This document shows, piece after piece, positions 12,433 through 24,556 of a DNA stretch of 64,000 bases. How positions within the stretch are numbered: the first letter of the stretch is position 1; every line of letters starts with the position of its first letter. Below the pieces are notes generated by a model, which saw only the letters and a list, made by a program, of their open reading frames with translations, searched no databases and had not been told where the DNA came from. This stretch comes from Octopus sinensis. Taxonomy: Eukaryota. The stretch is taken from positions 109,368,001-109,432,000 of the forward strand of contig NC_043002.1 of NCBI RefSeq assembly GCF_006345805.1. Direction: 5' to 3'. Both the position numbers and the translations under genes were made by a program.

Positions 12433-12964
12433 ATTATTGCCGTCATTCTACCTGCAAAGTTCCTGTTTAAAGTTTATCAGGAAAATTCTTCGTTAAACTA
12501 TCAAGTAAATTCTTTTATTTCTTATCTCTGAATCTCTACTTGTTTCAGTCATTAGACTGTGGCCATGCTGGAGCACCACTTTGAATTTTAGTCAAACAAA
12601 TCGACCCCAATACTTATTCTTTTAAAGCGTGCTGCTTATTCTATTAGTATCTTCTGCCAAACTGCTAAGTTACAGAGACATAACCACATCAACACCAGTT
12701 GTCAAGTGGCAGAAAAACAGATCAAAGACACACAACAGGCTTCATTCAGTTTCCATCTACCAAATCCACTCACAAAGCTTTGGTTGATCTGACACTATTG
12801 CAGAAGATGCCCAAGGTGCCACGCAATGGGGTTGAACCCATAATCATGTGGTTGGGAAGCAAGCTTCTTACCACACAGCTAGATGCCTTTCCTAATGTCA
12901 ACCACTTTACAGAGTGTACTGGGTGTTATGTGACACCAACATCAGTGCTTTTTACATGGCACTG

Positions 12965-14255
12965 TCCCCAGGGCTTTTTACGGAGGAATTTAAGATGGGC
13001 TGCCCCTAGGAGCTCCTCTATGCTGATGACCTTTTCTTATAGCTGAATCACTACCAGAACTAGAGAAGAAAATTTCAGGCATGAAAGCAAGGTCTAGAAT
13101 CAAAGGGCCTTAGAGTTAATCTAGCAAAAACCAGTTTTAGTAAGTAGGAGAGCAGACAAATCATAAATCCCTTCAGGTAGAACTCCATAAGATGTATCTG
13201 ATGTAAGCTATGCACACATAAAAGGTGGAGGAATATCAGAGGATGGTGAGCGGAAAATAGTTTTGTGTGTGGAAATTGCACAGGTACAATTAACACCACA
13301 GATAATAGACTCCATCAAATGCCAGTGACGAAAATTAGCAGTAGTTGATAGCTTCTGTTACCTAGGTGACCAAGTCAGCAGCAGAGGTGAATGCTCTGAT
13401 GGTGTAACTGCTAGAATAAGAATAGGCTGGGTAAAGTTCAGAGAGCTCCTACCTCTGTTGGTAACAAAAGGCCTCTTTCAGAGTGAAAGGCAGATTGTAT
13501 GATACCTGTGCATGAACAGCCATGCTACACAGCAGTAAAACATGGGCTGTGACCACCAAGGATATGCGTAGGCTTGACAGAAATGAAACTAGTATGCTTT
13601 GCTGGATGTGTAATGTTACTGTGCCTGTACAACAGAGTGTAAGCATCTTGAGAGAAAAGAGGCATCAGATGTGGTGTGCGAGAGAGACTGCACTGGTATG
13701 GTCATGTGATGCACATGGACGAGGACAGATGTGTAACGTGCTGGAGGGAACCTGTGGAAGCAGGAGACGCAGGAAATCATGGAAAGAGGTGGTGAAGCAT
13801 ATGATCTTTGAACGTTGGACTTCATGGAGGCAATGATATGTGACCATGACCTTTGGCAATATGCTGTGCTTGAGAAGATCTGGCAAGCCAAGTGAAATCA
13901 TAGTTGTGCCATCTGACTTCCACCCGTGCCAGTGGCATGTAAATAGCAATGTTTGAATGTTGGGCCTCATAGAGGTAGTGACATGTAACCGAGACCTTTG
14001 GCGATATACTATACTAGAGAAAACCAGTTAAGCCAAGTGAGATTGTAGTCATGGGCAACGCTGGTGTTATGTAACTGGCCCGTAAAAAGTATGCATTACA
14101 CACTTGGAGTGGTTGGCGTTAGGAAGGGCATTCAGCTGTAGAAACCATGCCAAATCAGTGAAACCTAGTGCAGCTCCCCAGCTTACCAGTTTTCAGTCAA
14201 CCTGTCCAACCCCTGCCAGCATGGAAAACGGATGTTAAAAGATGATGATGATGAT
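12965..14255 (+). mobile_element. 5'-truncated, decayed RTE-clade LINE (RT C-terminal half, 3' UTR and (GAT)n tail)
   Basis: Frameshifted GCP*ELLYADDL...GLESKGLRVNLAKT...VDSFCYLGDQVS...ARIRIGWVKFRELLPLL. The 3' UTR runs into the repeat that ends ...GCATGGAAA.CGGA.GTTAAA.GATGATGATG. Confidence 0.85.
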
Positions 14256-15734
14256 ACAAAATCTGGTATAAGAGTGGGTGAACATTAATTTTCTACTTGC
14301 ATGGTTAAATTACTGTTGTTGATTCTAAGAATCATAATAGTTATGGGCAAGTTCTTATTACTAGTGGCAGATGATTACCTTGATTGAAGCCAAGGATACA
14401 TGGTTTTTCATCATTGTCTTCCTCACAGGCTTTCTGCTTATCATGCCGGTATCATGTAAAAAGCACCCACTACACTCTTGGAGTGGTTGGTGTTATGAAG
14501 GGCATCAAACTGTAAAAAACCTTGCCAGATCAGATTGGAGCTTGGTGCAGCCTCCTGGCTTGCCAGTCCTCAGTCAAACTGTCCAATCCATGCCAGCATG
14601 GAAAGCGGATGTTTAATGATGATGATGATGATGCTGGTGCTTATTGATGCCCGAAAGGATGAAAGTCTACCCTGGTGACATCTGAATATAGCAGCATTTT
14701 GTCCAGTGTAGTAACAATTCTGCCAGCTTGTCACCTTAATTATTGGCTTCAAATTTTGGCACAAGGCCAGCAATTTTGAGGGAGGGGTAAATCAGTTAGA
14801 TTGACCCTAGTGCTTCATTAGGTACTTATTTTATCGACCCGAGAAGTATGAAAGGTAAAGTTGACCATGGCAGAATTTGAACTCAGAACACCAAGTTGGA
14901 AGAAATGCTGCAAAGTATTTTTCCTGACACACTTGCAACCTTAATTATTGACAATAAATCAGATAGAAGGAATGAGAACCACTGTATCTCAAAGCTGATT
15001 CATATAGCTACAAGTAACACCTCATTTTGTTCAGTAAGGAAATTCAGAAGAGGATGAGAGACCACTTCTTGGAATACAGCATCAAGGCTCTCTGTGGACT
15101 TCTCTATGGCTCATTCTGGTGTTCAGTTTAATGGTTCAAAACTCAGCAAGAGCCTCACTACACAAGTTATCATCATCATCATCGTTTAGTGTCTGTTTTC
15201 TATGCATTCATGGGTTGGACGGTTTGACTGGGGACTGGCAAGCCAGGAGGCTACACCATGCCCCAATCTGATCTGGCAATGTTTCTACAGCTGGATGCCC
15301 TTCCTAATGCCAACTACTCCAAGAGTGTAGTGGATGCTTTTTATGTGCTACCGACATGGGAGCCAGTCAGGTGGCACTGGCCATATTGTCATGTAAATAT
15401 TTTCCAGGTTTCTATGATGTGTGAAGATTTTGAGACTGTTAATTGGTGAGTGAACGAACTTTTACCAAAATTAGGTTAATCAAAAAACTTAGCCAATTCT
15501 ATCATAAGCACTAAAGTAAACTCTTGCATCCAAGTCGGATGTTAATATTGAAGTTAAAACAACAATGATGCTTTACAAGGATAACAAACAAAATAATACA
15601 TTGTAAATATATTTCTTTCTATTTATTTGTAAATATTTTATCAAAAATATTATAACCGTATGGTTTTAACAGTGTGAATAAACTTATAAGATAAATGGTG
15701 ATTTTTAGAAAATGTTTTCTCACAAACCTCAATA

Positions 15735-16847
15735 TTAAGTTTTTTCTCCATCATGAATCTTACGCTTATGCTTAGATAAATAACCCCTGCAAACAAATGA
15801 TTTCCCACAAATATCACAGCTGTATTGTTTTTCCCCAAAGTGAATACGTGTATGTTCTCTTAAGGTGTTCTTATGTGAAAATTCTTTCCCACAGATTTCA
15901 CAGGTGTAGGGTTTCTCTCCGGTATGTGTACGTTTGTGTCTCGTTAAAGGGCCATTTTGAGAAAATGTCTGACCACAGATTTCACAGCAGTGTGGCTTCT
16001 CCCCAGTATGAATCCGTTTATGTACTCTTAAACTGCCTTTATCTGAAAATTCTTTCCCACAAACTTCACAGTGAAAAGGAGTTTCCCCTGTATGAATACG
16101 TTTATGTATTGTTAAAATGTATTTTTCAGGGAACGCTTTGCCACAGATTTCACAGCGGTGTCGTTTTTCCCCAGTGTGAACACGTTTGTGTCTTAACAAG
16201 GAGCCACTGCTTGGACATTTTTTCCCACATACTTCACAGTGATAAGGTTTCTCTCCAGTGTGAGTACGTTTGTGAACTGTTAGAGAAGATTTTACAGCAT
16301 ATGATTTCCCGCATATTTCACAGTCGTATGGCTTCGAGTGCACCCCTTCGTGGTAGCGTAAGTCACTCTGATAAGAAAAAGCTTTCCCACAATCATCACA
16401 TTTATATGGCTTCTCCCCGGTGTGGGTGTGTTTATGTCTTGTTAAATTACCGATTCGAGAAAATGTCTTGCCACAAATTTCACAGTGGTGTGGCTTCTCT
16501 CCAGTGTGAGTACGTTTGTGGGCCATTAAACCAGATTTTGCAGAAAATGGCTTTCCACAGATTTCGCAGTGGTATGGTTTCTCCCCAGTGTGTGTACGTT
16601 TATGCAGTGGTAAATAAGCTTTTGCAGAAAATGTTTTGCCACAAATTTCACAATGGTATGGCTTCTCTCCAGTATGACTACGTTCGTGTACTATTAAATA
16701 AGCTTTTGCCGAGAAGTCTTTCCCACATATTTCACATTTGAATTCCTTTTCCCCTGTATGAGTCCACTTATGAAGAGATAATTTACAGTTTGTAAGTATT
16801 TTCCCACAAATTTCACATTTATAATGTTTACCTACTTTTAGAAACAT
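15735..16847 (-). CDS. C2H2 zinc-finger protein (ZNF-B), 370 aa, 13 tandem fingers; paralog of ZNF-A
   Basis: Intact finger array. Same N-terminus as ZNF-A (MFLKVGKHYKC vs MFQKVSKHYKC) and same CDDC finger 6 with short H-SKP linker. Acceptor ttttatttcAG at 16974-16973; candidate upstream donor CAG|GTGAG at 18283/18282. Confidence 0.93.
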   Translation of the reverse strand: MFLKVGKHYKCEICGKILTNCKLSLHKWTHTGEKEFKCEICGKDFSAKAYLIVHERSHTGEKPYHCEICGKTFSAKAYLPLHKRTHTGEKPYHCEICGKPFSAKSGLMAHKRTHTGEKPHHCEICGKTFSRIGNLTRHKHTHTGEKPYKCDDCGKAFSYQSDLRYHEGVHSKPYDCEICGKSYAVKSSLTVHKRTHTGEKPYHCEVCGKKCPSSGSLLRHKRVHTGEKRHRCEICGKAFPEKYILTIHKRIHTGETPFHCEVCGKEFSDKGSLRVHKRIHTGEKPHCCEICGQTFSQNGPLTRHKRTHTGEKPYTCEICGKEFSHKNTLREHTRIHFGEKQYSCDICGKSFVCRGYLSKHKRKIHDGEKT

Positions 16848-17703
16848 TCTTTTAACAATGAGACTTCAAAGTTAAATTAGAGTTTTATTTCTTCCTGTCC
16901 ATGAAGACATCTGCAAGTAAACCTCTCTCTCTTAACACCACCAACTTCATAGTATCTTCTATCAGAAATGACCTGAAATAAAATAAAATACATAGTTACT
17001 AAACAGTTTGTATAATGTGTGACTTTTCAGACAAGGAATCAAATGTTAGTTAAGCTGCTGTAACACATTAGAACTAACAAAAGTTGGAGTTGAGAAAGAC
17101 ATATTTGTTTTTATTGAAGGACAATGGAAACACCAAAATACTTTAATGGTCCTTCTTGCAGAGTTAATGAGTCAAGAAAAGAATCAAACAACAAAGAAAT
17201 AAAAAAAAAAAAAACTGATTGGAATGATGAAATATTTAAATAAACATCTTTTAATTTTACTTTTACTTGACTAATTTTTAAAATTTTGCCATCAGGAAGT
17301 TCACTGCTAAATAAGAAATTTGTATGAAATAACAAATGTTCATTTGTTTGTCAGAAGAATCTACGACCTCGCTTTCTGAATAAAGAACTTTTTAAAAGAA
17401 GTTTTCCTATTAGACACAGGAGTGGGTGTGTGGTAAGTAGCTATTGGCAGTCTCTATTTTGATTCCCGGAGTGACCTTGGCAGGATTTGAACTCAGAACA
17501 TAAAGAGCCAAGAGAAACACTGTATGGCACTTGGTCCCTAGCTCTAACTATTCAGCCAGATCGTCGCTACCAATAGACACAATTAACATATCATCTCACT
17601 TCAGTAAACAAACCATCAATTCCCCTTTGTCCATCCATACCGATTATTTTAGCACGTTAATCATTTATACAGTTTTTGTAAATAGATAACAGCTTCTGTT
17701 TTG

Positions 17704-18143
17704 GGCGATCTTTCGTCTCTAGTAGAACTTTCCGTCGATTTCCGTAAAAAAAAAATTTTTTTTTTTACATATGGGCTTGCGGGAACTTTTGAAGTAATAT
17801 ACATACATATACACATACACCGAGTAAAAAATTTCAGTTATCTCTTTCTTTCACACATTACTCTGTCTCTTCACACACACTAACAGAAGCACTTCACTTA
17901 CACAACATACTGTCTGTCTCCCACACCCCATCAAACACACACACACACGTCCATCAATGCTCCCATGCACGGTAATTTCAAAAGAACTTCCCTCGTCATA
18001 CAATCGCTTTCTCTTAGTCTCTTTCGCTCTCAAAAACCCTGAACACTCTCATTACTTCAAAAGTTCCCGCAAGCCCATATGTAGAAAAAAAAAATTTTTT
18101 TACAGAAATCGACGGAAAGGTCTACTAGAGACGAAAGATTGCC
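17704..18143. mobile_element. Mutator-like MITE with ~95-bp TIRs in the ZNF-B intron
   Basis: GGCGATCTTTCGTCTCTAGTAGA...TCTACTAGAGACGAAAGATTGCC; TSD CTGTTTTG at 17696-17703 and 18144-18151. Confidence 0.8.
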
Positions 18144-18691
18144 CTGTTTTGTGTAAAATACTACTTTGTTCATACATTATAACTTGAAGTTTTGCGGTAG
18201 AAATAACGGGGGAGGTAAAGTACATGTACACTACCAGTTTTTTGGCGTAACAAATACAAACAATATGTAAATATCATCTCACCTGAAAATAAGGTTCTTC
18301 TTATATTTGTTTGGGGGATCTTGGAGTATAACGCAACACTGTCATCTCAGTAAACTTGAGATTTTGTTTCAGCTTCGTTGTGGTGCACCTGAGCACTGTA
18401 TACAATAATTTCATTTCATTATTATTTTAAATAAACAATATCGATTACAATACTTTAGTAACAAGAATTTTAAACAAACGAAGACAGAATTTTTGTAGCT
18501 AAAGCTCGAGAGACACCAGGTTGAGATGAGTAATTTACAGCAAATCAAAGTACTTTATATGATAGAATAACAAATACAATAGACGATTACAGATCACAAG
18601 TTGAGGTCCTACAAGACACCGTGTAAATAAACTGTTGAGGGAAAAATGAGATGGTACGTTATAGTCCAAGACCATCGACAGCCAACAACAA

Positions 18692-18806
18692 CATTATATA
18701 ATTGTCACTGTACAGCTGGTAGGTAGCCACAATATATATAATTATCACCATACAGCCGTAGATAGCCGATATATATATATATAATTATCACTATAGAGCT
18801 CGGAGG
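18692..18806. repeat. Three ~40-bp degenerate tandem repeats next to the putative ZNF-B promoter
   Basis: TATATAATTRTCACYRTA.AGC recurs three times. Confidence 0.6.
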
Positions 18807-18863
18807 CGGTCACATACTTTCCCGCTCTCATTTTTCATTCATTTACAATGTTTTATAAAAACC

Positions 18864-18911
18864 AAGATGGCAAGACAGAAACGAATTTCATTGGTGCGCT
18901 CTGATCATGTG
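18864..18911 (-). promoter_or_regulatory. Putative ZNF-B core promoter: E-box, CCAAT box, YY1-like motif
   Basis: On the minus strand: CACATG (18911-18906), 11 nt, CCAAT (18894-18890), 18 nt, GCCATCTT (18871-18864). Confidence 0.58.
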
Positions 18912-19167
18912 ACCTTAATGGATTATAGGCTGATACGAGTTCTGGGTTAAGGGAAATAACTCTCAATTTATACACGCATCTATATGTGTTATCTTCGTTT
19001 CAGGTATTAGACTGCGGCCATGCTGGGGCATCACCTTGAAGAATTTTAGTCGGAAGAATCGATCCCAATATTTTTTTGGTAAAATCTGGTACATATTTCA
19101 ACGGTCTCTTACCGGTTGTCAAGCGATGGTGAGGGCCAAACACATACATAAACACACACACACAAGA

Positions 19168-19853
19168 CTTATTCTTCTCGGACAAGACTAAAAACATATA
19201 GGATAGAAACACACACGATAGCCTTTTAGACAATTGCATAACACAGAAATACAGGCGCGCAATCCGACCCCAGAGGTTCCTTCAATGTGGTGATGGGACC
19301 CTACGACAGCATCGACGTATGTGACCTCATTGGACTCTACATCCTGGACACCTTTGGGGAGAAGTTCCCTTCAGTCCTCTTCGGTCTCTACAGAGATGAT
19401 GCTCTGGCCATCTCTAGAGGAGCCAGTGGGTACACATTTGATCGGCTGAGAAAGGACCTGATTAGTGCCATAGGCTCCATGGGACTCAAAATAACTATTG
19501 AGACCAACTTCATCACCGTGGACTTCCTAGATGTCTCTCTAGACTTGGGTTCCGGTACACACAGACCATACCGCAAACCAAACAACAGGCTGTTCTACAT
19601 CAACACAGCCTCCTGCTACCCCCTCTCGTGTTCAAGAACCCAGTGAAGAGTGTTAGCAAGAGGATCTTGAATCTGTCCCCAAGTCAAGAAATGTTCGACT
19701 CCGCAGCTCCGTATTACAACGTGGCACTGGAGTCCAGTGGGTTTAAAGGCCGCATCTCCTATATGCCGGGCCCTAGCACCCGCAAAAGCAAACGCCACCG
19801 GAACGTTGTTCGGTTTAACCCCCTCCCACACTTCTCACACAAAGTTAAGACTT
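19168..19853 (+). mobile_element. Decayed Penelope-like element, reverse transcriptase fragment
   Basis: MGPYDSIDVCDLIGLYIL...GLYRDDAL...TVDFLDVSLDL...PYRKPNNRLFYINTASCYP, with a frameshifted continuation (VSKRILNLS...WFNP-like VRFNP). An upstream SDKTKNI motif is joined by a deletion. Confidence 0.85.
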
Positions 19854-20139
19854 AACTCTCATAACCTTTCTTTGTTGTGCAATTTGTTTCTCTTCTGGGT
19901 CTTTGCTGAGATCAGTAAGCCTTGCACTTCTGGGTTTATTCAGGCCACCCGTAAGTCTTTCTTGAGAATTTCACAACCAGACTGTTTCACTTCATCAGTT
20001 GATGTATTTATTTTTGATGCTGTTGTTTAGCAGACGCTTGAAGGCTCTCTGTAATTATTTTAGGCCTCCTCTTCCATCTTTTCTTCTAACATAAAATCTG
20101 TCAATATCACTGCTTCTGTGTTATATATAATGATAGAGA

Positions 20140-20436
20140 CTACTTATATGCACTAAAGGTGTGTTTTTGCCAATGTTTACATCTGTATGCTCGCTCTATA
20201 ACCGTGTTTACTAGGGGATTTTTAGAAAAAATAATGAAAAATAGCTTAGAATTGCAGAGAAGACAGAATTCCTTGTCTTTGTCATAAGGTATCGAGATTG
20301 AGAGAATCAACCATTCTAAATGAAATTGTTCATTGTGGTCTTTTAGATCCCAAATCAGTTTGCTGAGACCGGTACTATTACGTTTATTTCTATCCCGAAA
20401 GTAAAATATTTGATTTACACCTGCGTTAAACTCCAT
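20140..20436 (-). mobile_element. Penelope-like element, GIY-YIG endonuclease C-terminal fragment
   Basis: STGLSKLIWDLKD...LEWLIL...PY...CLLCNSKLFFI...LVN...CKH fits the T.LS..IW.LK / CxLC..EK / CRH pattern of PLE endonuclease C-termini. Confidence 0.75.
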
Positions 20437-20445
20437 TTATTTATT

Positions 20446-20537
20446 CACACACACACATACATACATACATACATACATACATACTACATACATACATACA
20501 TGCATGCATGCATGTATGTATGTATGTATGTATGTAT
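20446..20537. repeat. (CA)n/(TACA)n/(TGCA)n/(TATG)n compound, quasi-palindromic microsatellite
   Basis: Direct reading. Confidence 0.85.
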
Positions 20538-21199
20538 AACGTTTCTGCCAGCTCGCCGCCATAAAAAAAAGAAGTAAATATTGTCAGATGAAAAGGAGTG
20601 TGATTAAAGGGAGAGTTGGCTGTTGTTTCTAGCATATCCCATGACCACCTTCCTCATTTCTTTCTCACTGTCAAGTATTGCTATTTTTCAATATTTTCCC
20701 TCCATAAACTCATTAATAGCATAAACTCATTTATGCTATTTGAAAACTTTTTTCTAAAAATTTGATTTTTATCAACACCTAAACCTTATAGGTCATGTAA
20801 TGTGCTAGAAACAACAGCCAAATCTCACTTCAATCCCACACCTTTTCGTCTGAAAATATTTACTTTTTTTTTTTACCGAAAATGCTTCTCCTATAGTTTT
20901 TAAGTGCCAAGTGTGCCCAAAAATCATTGTGCGTAGTGCCACAAAATCAAAAGGGGAAAATGGGGGTGGAGTATAAAAAAAAACCCCATAATTTTTCATT
21001 TTTCGGAAATTTTTGCTAAAAAGATAGTTGAGAATATTTGCAAGGGCACCGTGATAAACAAAAATTTTGAAAAATCCCAATCAAAACGGAGAAATTTCAA
21101 CCCTTTGGTGCTTCCTAAGTCCACCATCCGTCGTTACAACAAACATCCTCATTTAATGTTATGTAAATTGGGAGTGATTTCCCCTTATGTGCAGCTCTT

Positions 21200-21460
21200 C
21201 TAACTATAAACCAAAAAGACTACATGACGTAAGATGAAAACCGGAGTTGGTTGATTGATTCTATTTTATAAGATACCAGTCATATTCTACGGCACCTACT
21301 CTACAAAATCCTTCACTACATACATCCATTATGTTTTGTATCTGCAGTCTTTGGTAATTTCAATTCTGAGTAGCGACAGTTGGCACACACGCACTTACGC
21401 GCTCGCGCACGCACAGATCGATATCAGGAAATTTCAAAAGATCGATACATCGAGGTGGGT
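21200..21460 (+). promoter_or_regulatory. Possible promoter and non-coding first exon of ZNF-C
   Basis: Unique CpG-richer stretch with CRE-like TGACGTAA (21225-21232) and donor-like GAG|GTGGGT at 21454/21455. Confidence 0.3.
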
Positions 21461-21674
21461 TACCGTCTGTTTATGTTTCGTCTTTGTGCTTGATATAGTC
21501 CGTTGTTTCCCCACTTGAGATTGATACAGTAGAATTTGTTACGTCAATCTTTCTGTTACATATTTCATTTCTTATTATATAATTTATTTCTTGAGAAGTA
21601 AATTATTATCATTTATATTTGTGTGATTCGAACTCGTCAGCTTCTTTTTAACCCCGTGTTGATATTAAACATTT

Positions 21675-21949
21675 GGCAATCTTTCGTCTCTAGTAGACCT
21701 TTCCGTCGATTTCCGTAAAAATTTTTTTTTTACATATGGGCTTGCGGGAATTTTTGAAGTAATGAGAGCGAAAGAGACTAAGAGAAAGCGATTGTATGAC
21801 GAGGGAAGTTCTTTTGAAGTTACCGTGCATGGGAGCATTGATGTACATGTGTGTGTGTGTGTGTTTGATGGGGTGTGGGAGACAGACAGTATGTTGTGTA
21901 TTTTTTTACGGAAATCGACGGAAAGGTCTACTAGAGACGAAAGATCGCC
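21675..21949. mobile_element. Internally deleted copy of the same Mutator-like MITE, opposite orientation
   Basis: Same TIRs; flanks TAAACATTT / AAAACATTT. Confidence 0.78.
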
Positions 21950-22454
21950 AAAACATTTTTTTCTAAGCTCTAGGACCGGTTACCCGGTATCCATGCCCTA
22001 TATAAGCGACCGAGATAACTTAGGAAAGTAACGCAATTAAAACAGGGACCAGCAATAATGAGAGAAATAAAACCTTCCCTCAATTAACGAAAAGAATAAA
22101 AAAAAATGAGTCAAAAGAGTCTATTCATTCATTTATCTCTAATTTCTGTCTTGAACATCGGAATTCCGATTGAGCAGACGAAAATTTTCTAAATGAATTA
22201 ATATCGTTCCTCTCTTCACTTTTATTGAAACACACGCACGCACATATTACTCTTTGGAAACTTTTTAATTAACCAAATTCATGTCTTGCTCTCCCATTTC
22301 ACCCCATCAAACATAAAAATCGTTTCGTGTTACTTTTGTTTTATAGCACCTGGGGTTGGACATTTCAGATTCACATTATAGGCAGAATCACTCTGCATGG
22401 AACTATATATACAAAAGATATGCAACTCTTTAAATTGTAACATTCTTTTAGATA

Positions 22455-22853
22455 TTCTTTTCTACCCTAGGCACAAGGCTTGATATCTTTTGGGGAGGGG
22501 CCAGTCGATTAGATCGACCCCAGTATGCAACTGGTACCTAATTCATCTACCCCGAAAGGATGAAAGGCAAAGTCAACCTCAGCGAAATTTGGACTCAGAA
22601 CGTAAAGACAGACGAAATACCTATTTCTTTACTACCCACAAGGGGCTAAACACAGAGAGGACAAACAAGGACAGACAGACGGATTAAGTCGATTATATCG
22701 ACCCTGGTGCCTAACTGGTACTTAATTTATCGACCCCCGAAAGGATGAAAGGCAAAGTCGACCTCGGCGGAATTTGAACTCAGAACGTAACGGCAGACGA
22801 AATACCGCTACGCATTTCGCCTGGCATGCTCACGTTTCTACTAGCTCGCTGCT
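22455..22853 (-). mobile_element. tRNA-derived SINE family 2, dimeric copy
   Basis: Head GGCGAGCTGGCAGAAACGTTAGC...GAGTTCAAATTC with the body repeated twice and two different tails. Monomers near 26965-27168, 33418-33632, 35040-35271, 43006-43222, 50897-51128, 57428-57630, 58122-58350. Confidence 0.8.
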
Positions 22854-23004
22854 TTAGTATTATCTACAATAGTGACTGGATTATGTATATTCCTGTTTAG
22901 ATTGTGCAGTGATGCCTGATGAAATGGTTTGGTTATATTATTTTAGAATATAATACATTAATAAACAAATAAATAACTATTTTTTGGAAACATATGTAAC
23001 ATAA

Positions 23005-23390
23005 GGCGCAGGAGTGGCTGTGTGGTAAGTAGCTTGCTAACCAACCACATGGTTCTGGGTTCAGTCCCACTGCGTGGCACCTTGGCCAAGTGTCTTCTGT
23101 TATAGCCTCGGGCTGACCAATGCCTTGTGAGTGGATTTGGTAGACGGAAACTGAAAGAAGCCTGTCGTATATATGTATATATATATGTGTGTGTGTTTGT
23201 CCCCCTAGCATTGCTTGACAACCGATGCTGGTGTGTTTACGTCCCCGTCACTTAGCGGTTCCGCAAAAGAGACCGATAGAATAAGTACTGGGCTTACAAA
23301 GAATAAGTCCCGGGGTCGATTTGCTCGACTAAAAGGCGGTGCTCCAGCATGGCCGCAGTCAAATGACTGAAACAAGTAAAAGAGTAAAAG
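23005..23390 (+). mobile_element. tRNA-derived SINE family 1 (~385 bp, internal (TA)n(TG)n, GTAAAAGA tail)
   Basis: A/B-box-like head GGCGCAGGAGTGGCTGTGTGG...GGTTCAGTCCC. Other copies: 2733-2873(-, partial), 8332-8710(-), 12535-12880(-), 18996-19165(-), 24356-24761, 36899-37310, 43339-43720, 48240-48730(-), 49007-49383, 61125-61525, 61545-61880. Confidence 0.85.
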
Positions 23391-24525
23391 GGAGAGTATA
23401 ACTGAACAATTTTTCCCATTCATTTTTATCATCATTATTTAACGTTCAAGTTCCATACTGGTGAAAGCGCATTGCTCAGTGTTTAGAGCATTGGGCTCAC
23501 AATCACGAGGTAGTGAATTTGATTCATGGGCTGGGCTCTATGTTGTGTTCTTGAGCAAGACTCTTTATTTCACATTGTTCCAGTTCACTCAGCTGTAGAA
23601 ATGAGTTGTGAGGTCACTGGTGCCAAGCCGTATCGGCCCCTTTGCCTTTCCCTTGGATAACATCAGTGGTGTGGAGAGGAGAAGCTGGTATGCATGGGTG
23701 ACTGCTGGTCTTTCATGAACAACCTTACCCGGACTTGTGCATTGGAAGGAAACTTTCTAAGTGCAGTCCTCTTGTCATTCATGACCTGAAGGGGGTCTTT
23801 ACCCTTTTTACTATACTGGCATCAGGTGGATGGTTTGACAAGTTCTGATGTGTCCAAAGACTGCATCAATTTCCAATGTCTGCTTTGGCACGGGTATTAT
23901 GGGTGGATGTCCCTCCTAATTTGAACCACTTTACAGCGTGAATTTGGTGCTTTTTATGTGCCATCTGCACTATTGAGATCACCATGCAGTTCACAGGACT
24001 GAGGAAGGTGCAGGGGTCAGCTTCATGCTTAGATAGCACGTTCCTGCAGAGGAATCTGCAGGCCTACTCACTATTTGTGTGTGAGTGTAAGATATTTTCT
24101 CAATCCTGAAGAAATACAGACTTCATACTAAAGTAGATTTATTTTATTTAATTCTCAAAGCAACAGAAAATAGTGAGCCTGCTAATAAAATCACAAGTCT
24201 GGTCATGTTATTTCCATGCTACTGCCTGGTTGTATTAAACTTACTGTTTTCTGTAATGAAATATGTTTTAAATCTGTGAATAATTGGTCAACAGTTAAGA
24301 GATTCTATTGTAACAGTAGCAAGAGTATGTTTGTTTTAATATTTCCTTACAAATAGGTGTAGGAGTGGCTGTGTGGTAAGTAGCTCGCTTACCAACCACA
24401 TAGTTCTGGGTTCATTCCCACTGCGTGGCACCTTGGGCAAGTGTCTTCTTCAATAGCCTCGGGCTGACCAAAGCCTTGTGAGTGGATTTGGTAGATGGAA
24501 ACTGAAAGAAGCCGTCGTATATATG

Positions 24526-24556
<31 letters not shown>

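Noticed and set aside
15797-16741. Long antisense ORFs over the ZNF genes (also 4831-5172, 25283-25582, 25616-26170)
   Set aside because: Shadow frames produced by the repetitive finger codons; no independent coding signal.
19978-20003. Minus-strand CTGATGA-AGT-GAAAC near the PLE remnant
   Set aside because: No room for stem II and no convincing stem I; treated as a chance match.
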